Shown here: positions 1 through 10,700 of the stretch, one piece after another | How the letters are laid out: each line of letters starts with the position of its first letter | Numbering within the stretch: position 1 is the stretch's first letter | Assembly (NCBI GenBank): GCA_008632985.1 | Contig: QPGO01000092.1 | Span: 62,001 to 126,000, forward strand | DNA length: 64,000 nt | Direction of reading: 5' to 3' | Source of the DNA: Psammoneis japonica | Lineage: Eukaryota | Made by a program: the position numbers and the translations under genes | Notes under the pieces: model-generated | Told to the model about the DNA's origin: nothing | Database searches by the model: none | The model's input: only the letters and a program-made list of their open reading frames with translations

Positions 1-2
1 CC

Positions 3-1253
3 GGAGGACGTCTTTTCGACTGTGCTTGGTATGCGGAGGGAAACCGATGCAGCTACTTTGGGCATTTGAACGAAAATAACGGACGTACCGCGAATGACGC
101 ATGCTGTGTGTGCAACGGTGGGATCACCAAGACTTCACTGCCGACTTTGTCACCAATCCAGTCTCAAACGCTCGAGCCTACCATGCATCCTACATTTCCA
201 CCAACGCTACCTTCGCCGTTCTACCTTCCGACACTGTATCCCACCGCAGGGCCAACCAAACCCGACATTACACAAAGTCCGTCAACGAAACCTGCTGATT
301 TTACCTCATCGCCTTCCACCCAACCGTCACAACAACAAGGCCAAAACAAGACTATTATTAGCTTCTTTGGGCTAGCCGATAGTCCCTACAGCGTGGACGA
401 GCGGTTCTGCTTGAACATGGCATTGCGTGATCTCGATCTTGCCGCTGCTGACGCCTCCCATGTTATTCACCTTGGTGACATTAAGAACCGGCAGTCGGCA
501 TGCAATGAAGAAGCTTACAATGATATTGCAGAAATATTTATACACCCTTCCAACGCAATCAACTACGACCCTCGTGATTGCTTCTTTGTGCCGGGAGACA
601 ACGAATGGCATGATTGTACAAACGCTTCCGAAGCTTGGGATCGTTGGACAAGGAACTTTGGTATCAACAACCCGTATGGTTTTGGCACTCTTTCAGATGG
701 TGAAACAGTCGTCACACGTCAGACGGGTGTGTTACGAGAGCCAGGTGTAGATCGCAGCGAGAACTTTGCCTTTTTCAAAAACCAAGTTCTTTTCATAGGG
801 CTAAACATGGTCGGCTCCAAAGAACTGATCGGCGATGAGTCAATTCGACTGGCTCAAAATTTTGAATTTGTAAGAGAACAGCTTGAGGTGTACTCCAACG
901 GAACCTTTGGAATGAAAGCGGCTGTTGTGTTTGGTCATGCAAGTATCGGAAACTTCCGTGCCCAGTATTACGGCCAACCCTTCAAGACGTTGTTGAGACA
1001 AAAGTATCGAAATCTTTCAGTATTACATCTACATGGAGACGGACACGTATATAACAAGGGTAATCCTGATCCGCATAACCTCAACTTGGTGCAAGTTCAG
1101 CTCGATTCTGGGAGAAAGGCTCCTCCGGTGTTGGTTTCAGTGATTGAAAAACGTGATGGGAGCCACGAGTTTCAGATAGATAGGAGGCAAGGTCGATTTG
1201 ATGGCTTCTGTCCAATGGGAGACAAGGAGAAAACTTGGCTCGCTCCTATGTAG
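3..1253 (+). CDS. Calcineurin-like metallophosphoesterase, copy 1 (5' end outside the window); Cys-rich module plus Pro/Ser/Thr linker
   Basis: Frame is open from base 3 (DCAWY...C...TANDACCVCNGG). Metallophosphoesterase-type motifs ADSPY, HLGDIK, VPGDNEW, FGHA, HLHGDGH. Confidence 0.8.
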   Translation, partial: GGRLFDCAWYAEGNRCSYFGHLNENNGRTANDACCVCNGGITKTSLPTLSPIQSQTLEPTMHPTFPPTLPSPFYLPTLYPTAGPTKPDITQSPSTKPADFTSSPSTQPSQQQGQNKTIISFFGLADSPYSVDERFCLNMALRDLDLAAADASHVIHLGDIKNRQSACNEEAYNDIAEIFIHPSNAINYDPRDCFFVPGDNEWHDCTNASEAWDRWTRNFGINNPYGFGTLSDGETVVTRQTGVLREPGVDRSENFAFFKNQVLFIGLNMVGSKELIGDESIRLAQNFEFVREQLEVYSNGTFGMKAAVVFGHASIGNFRAQYYGQPFKTLLRQKYRNLSVLHLHGDGHVYNKGNPDPHNLNLVQVQLDSGRKAPPVLVSVIEKRDGSHEFQIDRRQGRFDGFCPMGDKEKTWLAPM

Positions 1254-1464
1254 GTGCCCCCAAGCGTAAGCAAGGACCTCGGTCATCTCGGGCAGATAGG
1301 TATCTCGTCGTGGACGAGTTTGTTTGGCCTAGTGCAACCGGTATTTTTTAAAATTGAAAATTTGACGTCGGGCGTTGAGAGCATACAACAAATCCAAAAG
1401 GATGTAATAATACATTGACTGCATTATGATATATTACATAGTTGTTCATTCTAAAGAACATTAG

Positions 1465-2781
1465 TTGCCGACCGTTGAGATAGCACAGAAATCAATCAGA
1501 CGTCCAAAAGGCCACAAAATGAAAAAATCAGTGATTTCAAACATGGGAGGATTAGTCTCTTCGCTCCTGAATGAAACTACTCCCGAACCAACAATAAGCC
1601 CTACATTTTCGCCGACGCTACCTTCGCCGTCCTACCTTCCGACAACATATCCTACCGATTCTTCATCTCATCAACCTACTTCGGCACCGACCCTGTCCCA
1701 AACGTTCGAGCCCTCGATATATCCTACATTTTCGCCAACGCTACCTTCGCCGTCCTATCTGCCGACAACATATCCTACCGGTTCTCCACCTACGCCCAAG
1801 ATCACACAAAGTCTATCGATAAAACCTGATTTCACCTCATTTCCTTCGATCCAACCATCACAGCAAGGTCCAAATAGGACAATAATCAGTTTCTTTGGAC
1901 TGGCTGATACTCCATATAGTGTCAATGAGAGGTATTGCCTCAACATGGCATTACGAAACCTAGATGCTAGCTCGGAAACATCCTTCATTGTTCATTTGGG
2001 TGACATAAAGAGCGGGCAATCGGTGTGTGACGAAGAAGCTTACAACGACATTGCAGAAATATTCACACACCCCTCCAATGCGATAAATTACGACCCTCGC
2101 GATTGCTTCTTCGTGCCGGGAGATAACGAATGGCATGATTGTGCAAACGCTTCCGAAGCTTGGGATCGTTGGACAAGGAACTTTGGTATCAACAATTCAT
2201 ATGGTTTTGGCTCTCTTTCTGATGGTGAAACCGTCGTCACACGTCAGATGGATGTGGTCCGAGAGCCAGGTGTAGATCGCAGCGAGAACTTTGCCTTTTT
2301 CAAAAACCAAGTTCTTTTCATAGGGCTTAACATGGTGGGCTCCCGAAATCTGATCGGTGATGAGTCGATTCGCTTGAATCAAAACTTTGAATTCGTGAGA
2401 GATCAGCTTGAGGTGTACTTCAATGCAACTTCTGGAATAAAAGCGGCTGTTGTGTTTGGTCATGCAAGTATCGGCAGCTTCCGTGATGAGCATTACGGGC
2501 AACCTTTCAAGACGTTGCTGAAGCAAAAGTATCCAAATCTTCCGATGTTGCATCTACATGGTGATGGACACGTTTACAATGAGAAAAATCCTGATCGACG
2601 CAACCTCAACTTGGTGCAAGTTCAACTCGATTCTGGGAGAAGGGCACCTCCGGTGTTGGTTTCAGTGCTTCGAAACGATGATGGGAGCCACAAATTCTCC
2701 ATTGATAGGAGAGAAGGTGAATACGAAAGCTTCTGTCCGATGGGAGACAAGGAGAAAACTTGGCAGTCGCCAAGTATGTAG
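1465..2781 (+). CDS. Calcineurin-like metallophosphoesterase, tandem copy 2 (start uncertain; ATG at 1519 or 1543)
   Basis: Clear paralogue of copy 1 with the same motifs (ADTPY, HLGDIK, VPGDNEW, HLHGDGH). Lacks the Cys-rich module. The PTFSPTLPSPSYLPTTYPT linker is duplicated internally. Confidence 0.8.
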   Translation: MPTVEIAQKSIRRPKGHKMKKSVISNMGGLVSSLLNETTPEPTISPTFSPTLPSPSYLPTTYPTDSSSHQPTSAPTLSQTFEPSIYPTFSPTLPSPSYLPTTYPTGSPPTPKITQSLSIKPDFTSFPSIQPSQQGPNRTIISFFGLADTPYSVNERYCLNMALRNLDASSETSFIVHLGDIKSGQSVCDEEAYNDIAEIFTHPSNAINYDPRDCFFVPGDNEWHDCANASEAWDRWTRNFGINNSYGFGSLSDGETVVTRQMDVVREPGVDRSENFAFFKNQVLFIGLNMVGSRNLIGDESIRLNQNFEFVRDQLEVYFNATSGIKAAVVFGHASIGSFRDEHYGQPFKTLLKQKYPNLPMLHLHGDGHVYNEKNPDRRNLNLVQVQLDSGRRAPPVLVSVLRNDDGSHKFSIDRREGEYESFCPMGDKEKTWQSPSM

Positions 2782-2955
2782 CTTCCAACCTGTTCAAACG
2801 GAAATGCGCGCGTCAACTACCCTTTATTCGTACGACTGCATTTTAACTATATAATATCCATTTTCTCAAAAGTAGCGCGTTGTGGATTACCAGAGACTGT
2901 CGTTGGATGTACTTACGTATTTAAACCATCTTTTGTTTGCTTTTTGTGTGTCTAG

Positions 2956-4327
2956 CTCGAGTCAGCTCCAAGATAGATCCGTCTCTCTACCAATGGATCT
3001 GGCGTCAAATTCGAGACAAGGAGAATCTGAGTGAAGAACAGCGTCGAGAACTGGAAGAGCTGGTTGGTGATTTGGATGACTACTCGGGAGAGTACAAGTC
3101 TTTTGAAGATCGACTCGATGGCATCCGCGCACACAAGGAAGAGCATGGTGACGGTGAGTCGAGCCTGCTTTCGTGTCTTGAATCCATTGTTTGCAATCTA
3201 AAATCCCTTTCTTTTGCTTGTTGTGAGTCTAGCTACAGTCAACCAGACAAACGATCCGTCTCTCTACATGTGGATCTACAGACAATACAAGAACAAGGAG
3301 AATCTAAGCGAAGTGAAGCGTCAAAAGTTAGAAGAGCTAATTGGTGACTTGGACGACTTCTTGAGAAAGCACAAGTCACGCAAGTCTTCTGCTCAATTTC
3401 CTCTACGTCCGCCACCAGATCATCCTCAGCTGTCTCATCGAATGGTTGGAGCCCACCCGGGCTTGCGTCCACCTGTTCTATGTCCGCTGCCAGATCATCC
3501 TCAGCTGTCTCATCGAATGGTTGTGGTCCACCCGGGCTTGTGTCCACCTGTTCTACGTCTGCCACCAGATCATCCTCAGCTGTCTCATCGAATGGTTGGA
3601 GCCCACCCGGGCTTGCGTCCACCTGTTCTACGTCCGCCGCCAGATCATCCTCAGCTGTCTCATCGAATGGTTGCAGCCCACCCGGGCTTGCGTCCACCTG
3701 TTCTACGTCTGCTGCCAGATCATCCTCAGCTGTCTCATCGAATGGTTGGAGCCCACCCGGGCTTGCGTCCACCTGTTCTACGTCCGCCACCAGACCATCC
3801 TCAGCTGTCTCATCGAATGGTTGGAGCCCACCCGGGCTTGCCTCAAATTTCCTCTACGTCCGCCACCAGATCATCCTCAGCTGTCTCATCAAATGATTGG
3901 AGCCCAGAGTCACGACCAGATCACACCACCACCCTGCCATCCTCTGCCTCCACCACCACCCTGTGGATATCACCACCATGTTCCACCCCCACCACCACCA
4001 CTTTGCGATTTGCCAAAATCCCTTTCCTTTCACAAAATTTGCTCCACGTGCGGCAAAACACGTGGCGAGCATGGGGAACTGGGTTTTGGCAGCAAGTGCG
4101 TCTTTCAAGATTGCGGCAAGTGCGGTGCGGGCGTTCAAATGCATGTGAGGACAAAAGTGCCCATGGGATTCTTTTGCACTCTGACCGTGGAGCAGGGAGC
4201 GACACCCGGAGCGGCCCAAGCCTGTCAGCGCAAGATTCAAAATTTGGCTGTCCGAGCTCAAGTGCAACAACGATTGAATCATGCGAATGCTTCATCCATT
4301 CCACCATTGCGCCTTGTCAAGGTGTGA
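2956..4327 (+). pseudogene. 5'-truncated HA-domain-like gene relic fused to a 25-aa Pro-rich repeat and a C-terminal CxxC zinc-finger-like region
   Basis: Two HA-like units (DPSLYQWIWRQ...LEEL, DPSLYMWIYRQ...LEEL) joined by a GT-AG intron at 3154-3232. The acceptor at 2954-2955 has no recognisable upstream exon. One-base frameshift near 3845. CSTCGK...H...C...CGKCG near the end. Confidence 0.55.
3403..3925 (+). repeat. 75-bp tandem repeat, 6 copies plus a partial seventh
   Basis: Unit ctacgtccgccRccagatcatcctcagctgtctcatcgaatggttggagcccacccgggcttgcgtccacctgtt starts at 3403, 3478, 3553, 3628, 3703, 3778 and ~3853. Confidence 0.95.
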
Positions 4328-5010
4328 CATTGCATGCTACACAAATTGCACCAAGGATGCTGTTTCATGCACAGTTGCATTTTACAATGCATGAACGGAG
4401 GGAAGAAGAGGGGGGGATCAGATTTTTGAGACCAAGCAAATTCAAATTTTGTGGTCAAATGTTTTATACATGGGCACATACAAAATTATCACTGAATGCA
4501 AGTTGTTTGTGCATGAAAATCCCCAATGGATTCAATCATCTCACTGTTGCAAACATTGAGCTAAAATGTTCACATGAACCCCAATGAATGGAGGATGCAT
4601 GTGAGATGGTGGACTCAGGGTAAAACATTTTTGGAAATTTCCATGCCTCAAAAAAAGAGGTGACGTACGACGACTGTGGATGCTGTTCAAGAACAGTGTG
4701 ATGTGAGGAGGTGTGCCTCCCACTTGCTGATGCTGATGTGGTCAGAAGCGATGAGACTGAGGAAGGAAGAGACTCCTCGAAATCACGAACCGTTGAATTT
4801 CAAATTTTGATTTATATTTGTACGGAACGCTGAAGAAAGATATTACACGTACACTCGTTGTAGCATTCCACGTACTTTTGTGTCGTCACTTTTTGCGCCT
4901 GCCGTTGAGACATTTTCAACGCTCTGTGTGCGGTGAGTTCACTACCATAGTCCCTAAAAAGGGCTTTCCAAGTTTATGTGCTAATTATAAGCTAACCAAA
5001 CTAGGAGAAG

Positions 5011-6843
5011 ATGGAGGAGTGCGATAGGATGCTTGCACACGTGAGCGACGCAAATGGCAACGAAGCGGTCAAGACGGATACCCAACGATTGCATCACATG
5101 TCCGAGCTTGAAGAGATTAACGAGGACCTCAAGAAGGAAAACAAACAGTTGCGGGCGCAATTGCTGGAGCAAGATGAGATTATGACAAGAGAGTTTCGCC
5201 GCCGTTTGGAAGATTCTGGAATTCACATCCGTAGTCGAGTTGGGAGCACTGCTCCGCCACAAGAGTGCTTTCAAAAGCATGGAATCTTACCTTCCCCTGA
5301 AGGAGACGTGAATCATGGACAAGAAAAGCATGACGACTACAAGTCTCAGTATGAAGAGGCTCAAGAAGAGCTTTGTAAAGCGCTGACACAAACAGCAACG
5401 CTGCAGGAGCAATATCAGCAAGCAAAGGGCAGCCTCCTAAAACTGGAAAAGATCGTCGAAGCCAACCAATCTGAAATCGAGGGTTTGCAACAAGAGCTCT
5501 GTAACGTATCGGATGAGAAAGAGAGCGCTGAAATCATGTTTCGGGTGGAAAAGAAGAAGACGATTGACTTAACATCTCGAGTAGCCACTGCCGAGGATGA
5601 GGTGAGGACCATGGCGGAAGAACGTGAAGTCGAGATTCAAGCTGAAAGAGACAAGAATTATGAATTGATGAGCCAAATCTCATCGATAGTACAAGAGACA
5701 GACATGGAGCAGCTAGAAAAAGATCTAGCGGAGGCTAACAGCAAGCTTGACTCCTGTCGTGAAGAGCTCGTTGATAAAATTGACCTGATTGCGCAGCTAG
5801 AAGAACAGGCGGAAAATTCATTCCCCAAGTCAGATGAGTCTGAGATGCTTCGAAAAGTTGAGGATGAAAACGTCCAGCTAAGAAAAGATATTCAGTCTCT
5901 TCGTGATATCTTGAGCCGTCCGGAACATTCCACAAAGAATGCTTTGACTGAGCTCAAGTTGGAGCTGGCAAGAAGCAATCAAGAGTCCTCTGACCTGAGA
6001 CGTCATAACATTGTGTTGTTAAACAGAGAGCGTGATCAGATGAGATTGCTAAAGGAGATGGAGGACGAAAAGAAAGGCCTATTGAATGACTTGAATTCGG
6101 TAAAGGGGCAAGTTTACTACGACGAGGCATCCGCTAACGACACAAATAGCTTGACAAGCAGGCACACCATGTCCAGTATCTTGGAGTCCATAGCTGATGA
6201 AGACTCGTATTTAAGCAGTGAATACTTGAATGCAAACCGAGACCATGTATCAGACGCATCCATTAGCCCAAGGAGCATTACAAAGAGGCCATATTCTAGC
6301 GAGACCTCAATGACCAACGAGACAAACAGCTTCACGTCGTCACTCCCCAACGACCGCGAAGTCTTCAGTCCCACAGAATCTTCCATTAGTTTCGATATGG
6401 ATTCAATTGATTATGCCGCTGGTGAAGCTGCCCTGTGCCAAGATACGCCAAGTACAACCACGTCATGCTTGGAAGGTAACCAGAACTATGATATCATTGA
6501 GGAGTCAGATGATGACACAAGCAGTAGTGCCAAGGATGAAAAATCAAATGAGACAGATGAAACTGCTCATATGGATGACGGTGCTGGTGGTGCAGTGGCA
6601 GAACTCTTGCAGCTGCCGTCTCTGCAAGACAGTGTGGAGGAGGAAACTAGCGCAACCGATACAAGTGAACCCACGAATGAAACAGTCAACTTGGGTGTCT
6701 GGCTAACGAACTCCATGGCCCAGTTCAACAGCCCCAAAGTTGATCCCAAGACCTCGAAAAGTTTAGCTACAAAGAGTACCTTTACAGGAACGAGCAGCGA
6801 GGATTCTGAACATGACAGATCAGCAAAAGTGCTCTTCTTGTAG
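5011..6843 (+). CDS. Coiled-coil protein with acidic Ser-rich tail, function unknown
   Basis: 610-aa ATG-initiated ORF. Long E/K/L/Q-rich heptad region. Normal dinucleotide content. Confidence 0.75.
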   Translation: MEECDRMLAHVSDANGNEAVKTDTQRLHHMSELEEINEDLKKENKQLRAQLLEQDEIMTREFRRRLEDSGIHIRSRVGSTAPPQECFQKHGILPSPEGDVNHGQEKHDDYKSQYEEAQEELCKALTQTATLQEQYQQAKGSLLKLEKIVEANQSEIEGLQQELCNVSDEKESAEIMFRVEKKKTIDLTSRVATAEDEVRTMAEEREVEIQAERDKNYELMSQISSIVQETDMEQLEKDLAEANSKLDSCREELVDKIDLIAQLEEQAENSFPKSDESEMLRKVEDENVQLRKDIQSLRDILSRPEHSTKNALTELKLELARSNQESSDLRRHNIVLLNRERDQMRLLKEMEDEKKGLLNDLNSVKGQVYYDEASANDTNSLTSRHTMSSILESIADEDSYLSSEYLNANRDHVSDASISPRSITKRPYSSETSMTNETNSFTSSLPNDREVFSPTESSISFDMDSIDYAAGEAALCQDTPSTTTSCLEGNQNYDIIEESDDDTSSSAKDEKSNETDETAHMDDGAGGAVAELLQLPSLQDSVEEETSATDTSEPTNETVNLGVWLTNSMAQFNSPKVDPKTSKSLATKSTFTGTSSEDSEHDRSAKVLFL

Positions 6844-7004
6844 TGTTTCGATTGTGTCTCCCGTTTAGTAAGCGCTGCAGAGCGATCACCCGATTTGTAG
6901 TCCAGGTGTACTTCCCATCCTCTAGAGGGTAGTATTTTGCTCTAGATGGGGTCGGTTCGTTTGCGCGTTAAGAACCCAAGGCAGTCGTACTTGTAATCGC
7001 AACT

Positions 7005-7110
7005 CCTAACTAGAAGTAGAGAGTAGAGACTCTCTTTTCTCTCTACTAGTAGAGCTACTCTAGAGACTTATCTCTACTCTAGCTAGAGAGTAGAGTACTC
7101 TTTGTAGTGA
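7005..7110. repeat. Low-complexity TAG/CTA/AGAG tract with short palindromes, downstream of a stop codon
   Basis: Contains the palindromes ctctactagtagag, ctctagctagag and agagtactct. Confidence 0.6.
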
Positions 7111-7712
7111 GGTACGGTAGGTAAGGTCGGTCGGTCACGGGTCGATGGTGAGAAGTACAAACACCTAACCACTATAAAGATCCAACGTCAACGTCAACGG
7201 TACCACTAAGGTTAACCTATTCACACCTGAAGGAAATATTTAATAGATTTACTATCGCCAAGTTTTACCGTTGAATGTGATCTAGGTATAACCATTAATA
7301 AGATATATATCGAACTACTTAGCTAATTTTCCCATACTTTAGCGTTGAGACACGAATGAATTTATTCAATTTCGGTTGCTTTTTCACAAATCGTGTTTCG
7401 TCCGCGCGGGCACGAAAAAAAAAGACGCGGGAACGACGAAGGCGTCGCCTTGTTGCACACACAACAAAACCGCGAGGGGAGCGGTACTTTTGTGTTTGAA
7501 CAACGCGGGAACAAGAAAGGCGTTGCTGTGTGAGCGGATAGTTAACACCGCCAAGGCATATCACCCTTTTGCATATTGTTACGACTTTTATTTTGCTTTT
7601 GTTAGAACGAGGAGCGCGGTCGATCGTTCAGTGCTATTCATACAAGACGTAGGCATTGTAATTCCTAAGCTTCAGCGCAACGCTACAAACGTACGTATAG
7701 ATTTTACTTGTC

Positions 7713-10700
7713 ATGACTGCTTCCACTCCGAGGCACCGGGAGCACCGTGATCCTTCTCCGACTAAAGTTCGTAAGATACCGATATCACGTACCCAATCTT
7801 CGGATGATGTTGAGGAACCCTGGGATGAACGGAGCGCTCCCAGGCGGACCTCTAGTGGAGTCATGGGCCTGGTGGAGGGAGCAGGAGAAATCATGACGAA
7901 CTGTTTTGCCAAGACAGATGAAGACGGACTAGAGGACGGGGATCTTCCAAGTCTCTCGCGGCCGAAATCTCGCCCAAGGGCCGAACAGCGACTCGAAGAG
8001 GAGGACGAACCGCCTAGCTTGCTGGGGAGCAAGCGGAGTACTACGAGAAGACCGCTCAATCCACCTGCTCAAGCGGGTGGTATGAGTGTGGAAGAGCGAC
8101 GGTTGGCGGCAATTCGTAACCGAGATTCTCCTGGAACGGCTGAAAAGCGGTCGGAGTTCTTTAGACAATTGGATCCTCCGACTCCCTCCGATACCGAGAA
8201 GACCTTTGAAGATGAGCCCGACGACGAGGCTGCCGACCGCCGTCAACTGGTACCGTCTTCTCAACGTCGTCAATACCTGGAACCTACTCCTGACCGTCGT
8301 CAATACTTGGAGCCTTCTTACTCAGATATTGACTCACCCCAGCGTAACGACGAAGTGGTTGATGAGTATGGCAGCTACGAGAACATCCCTGGTGCAACTT
8401 CAGCCGAAGAGGTTTCGTGCTTTGACTCTGCTCTCACCTCTATTACCCAGATCTGTGGGTATGGCGATGATCCTAAGGTCAGCACAAGAGATCAAAGGTG
8501 GACAGAGCCCCATGGTGATAGTTGGATTGATATTGATGAAAAGCAGAAGGAAGAGGATGAAAATGCAGTGGAACAGACTGCAATTGAAGTTGAGTACGTG
8601 GCCGTTGAGGAGGATCAGGAACAAGCGAAGGGGAAAGGCAAGAAAGGGAACAAGAAGAATTCCTACCTCTCTGCTTTGGCTCGCAAGGCCAAAAAGGACT
8701 TTGATGAAAAAGCTCCTGAAGCCAATAAGGAAGCTGGTGGAGGTGCTGTCGTGGTGGTCCCTACGACTGCAGGTGGTGAACCTCAGGACAAGTCTGTGGA
8801 AGACGTGTATTCCAGTTTCAACCCCACGGAGAGACGAAAGTTCTTGAATCTTATCAATAGTGGTATGAGTTCCAAAGAAGCATCCAACAAGTTCTTTCGG
8901 ACCGAGACGACGGTGGCGACAAGAAAAAGAAAAAATCGCTCTCATTCAGGAACATGTTCAAGAGAGGCAAATCCGAGAAGCCTTCCAACGAATTTCACCC
9001 AGTGGGAATTGCAATAGACCGATCACTGGACTCGGTAGATTCATCGACAGCTGAAGGATATGGTGAAGAAGCGCATCATTCGCCAAGTTCCTCCTTTGAA
9101 GGCGATTCGTCTACGCCGATTAAAAGAGCACCTCCGAATTCTGCGGAACTTGCACAGGCCGTCAGCCCGAGGCCTTCCATTATACAGGCGATCCCTCGAC
9201 ATCCATAGATTCAGGTGAAAATGACCACGGCACTCCGTATAGTGACAGTCGATCTGCGCCACCACCGCAGATTGCGTCGACCGATCCGTATCGTGCATAC
9301 AACATGGCAGTGGCCAACAGTCCGTTGGCGGGAACCTACGACGAGGATGACGGCGCTGTGTTTGTGAGTAGTGCTTCCGAGTCGGGCGATAGCGATGATG
9401 AAGGCGTCCGCAAGCAAGAAAAACGAAACAAGGCGGCTGCGATAGCTCTTGGAGCTGGTGCCGCTGGTGCTGTTGTAGCAGCTGGAACAGCAGCTGCAAT
9501 CGCAACCAGTTACAGCGGTGAGTCGGGCAACTCAGGTCCATTTCAGAGGAGTGGTAACAACTATTATGATGCTGTTCGAAAAGAAGTCCCTGAAGACGAC
9601 GAGGACTACGGTAGTGAGGATGCGGCCAGACAGGCCCCCAAGGGTTCGAAATTGTCATCCATGCGATCTTCTCCTCGGATGCTGGGATTTAAGAGCCTGA
9701 AGAATCAAGGCGACGATGATGGTAATCAATTTCAGTACGACTCGGGAGTTGGAGAGCATCATCCCAGCAAAAGACGACTCCGAGGTTTACCTGTCACTCC
9801 AAATGGTTTTGAAGCCTTGGAAGATCAGCAATACGGGCAACTCTCGAAGAACACCATGTCAGAAGATATTGAGGAGGAGATGCGGAAAATGGAGGCCGAG
9901 TACGACAATCCAGAGACCGAAGATGAGGCTATCGGGAAAATCGAGAGAAACCTTCTCAGGCCTGGCCCCGTATCAGTCGACGATCTGCCGGACAATGATG
10001 ACTATGGACAAAATGATACTTCCTATGACTTAGCAACACCGAGGGCGATGGCTGAAGCAGAGGCTTCTCCTACCCAGAGGATTGAAGTTGCAGGAGACCT
10101 GAACTTGGATAACTACTTTGACTCCACTGTAAGCTACGCGTCTCCGGGGCCACCAACACATGATCAGGCATCGGTTATCAGCGGAAAGAGCGAATGGACT
10201 GCCCGGACTGGCTACACCGGCGCTTCCACTGTTCACACCCAGTCTTCCAGGAAGCGTCACAAAGGTGCAGCCAAGAAACGCATTGCAAAAGCGCGGGCGG
10301 CTGAAAAAGCGTCAAAGTCGCGGAAGAATGGATGGCATGAGTCCATTGTGGCTGCTGCCGCTAGTACGAACCGAGTGTGGGATCCTCAAAAGGGTTGGGT
10401 CGACTACGAGGATCCTGATTCAGTTACGCATGAAGCTAAGTCAACCGAAAAGCTCAGAATTTCCCTTGATGGCGTCAAGATGCGATCAGGAGACGTTGGT
10501 CGCGATTCCGAAGACCGTCCACGCTCGCGGCCTGTCGACGTTTCCTTTCCGCCTGAATGGGAACGCGAGAGAAACGAAATGACTCAAGATGGATATGCGT
10601 CCCCTACTAGCAATGTGAATGCTGCCCCGCGGTCAGTTGACCCAACCGACTCAGAGGATGAAGGTGTTGAAGCTGATGCTGACGAATGGGTAGAGTCTAT

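Noticed and set aside
3403..3925. CRISPR-like array
   Set aside because: Head-to-tail 75-bp units with no unique spacers, in-frame coding, eukaryotic context and no cas genes.
8885..9175. Programmed ribosomal frameshifting
   Set aside because: No slippery heptamer is evident, and similar one-base deletions occur in several unrelated genes.
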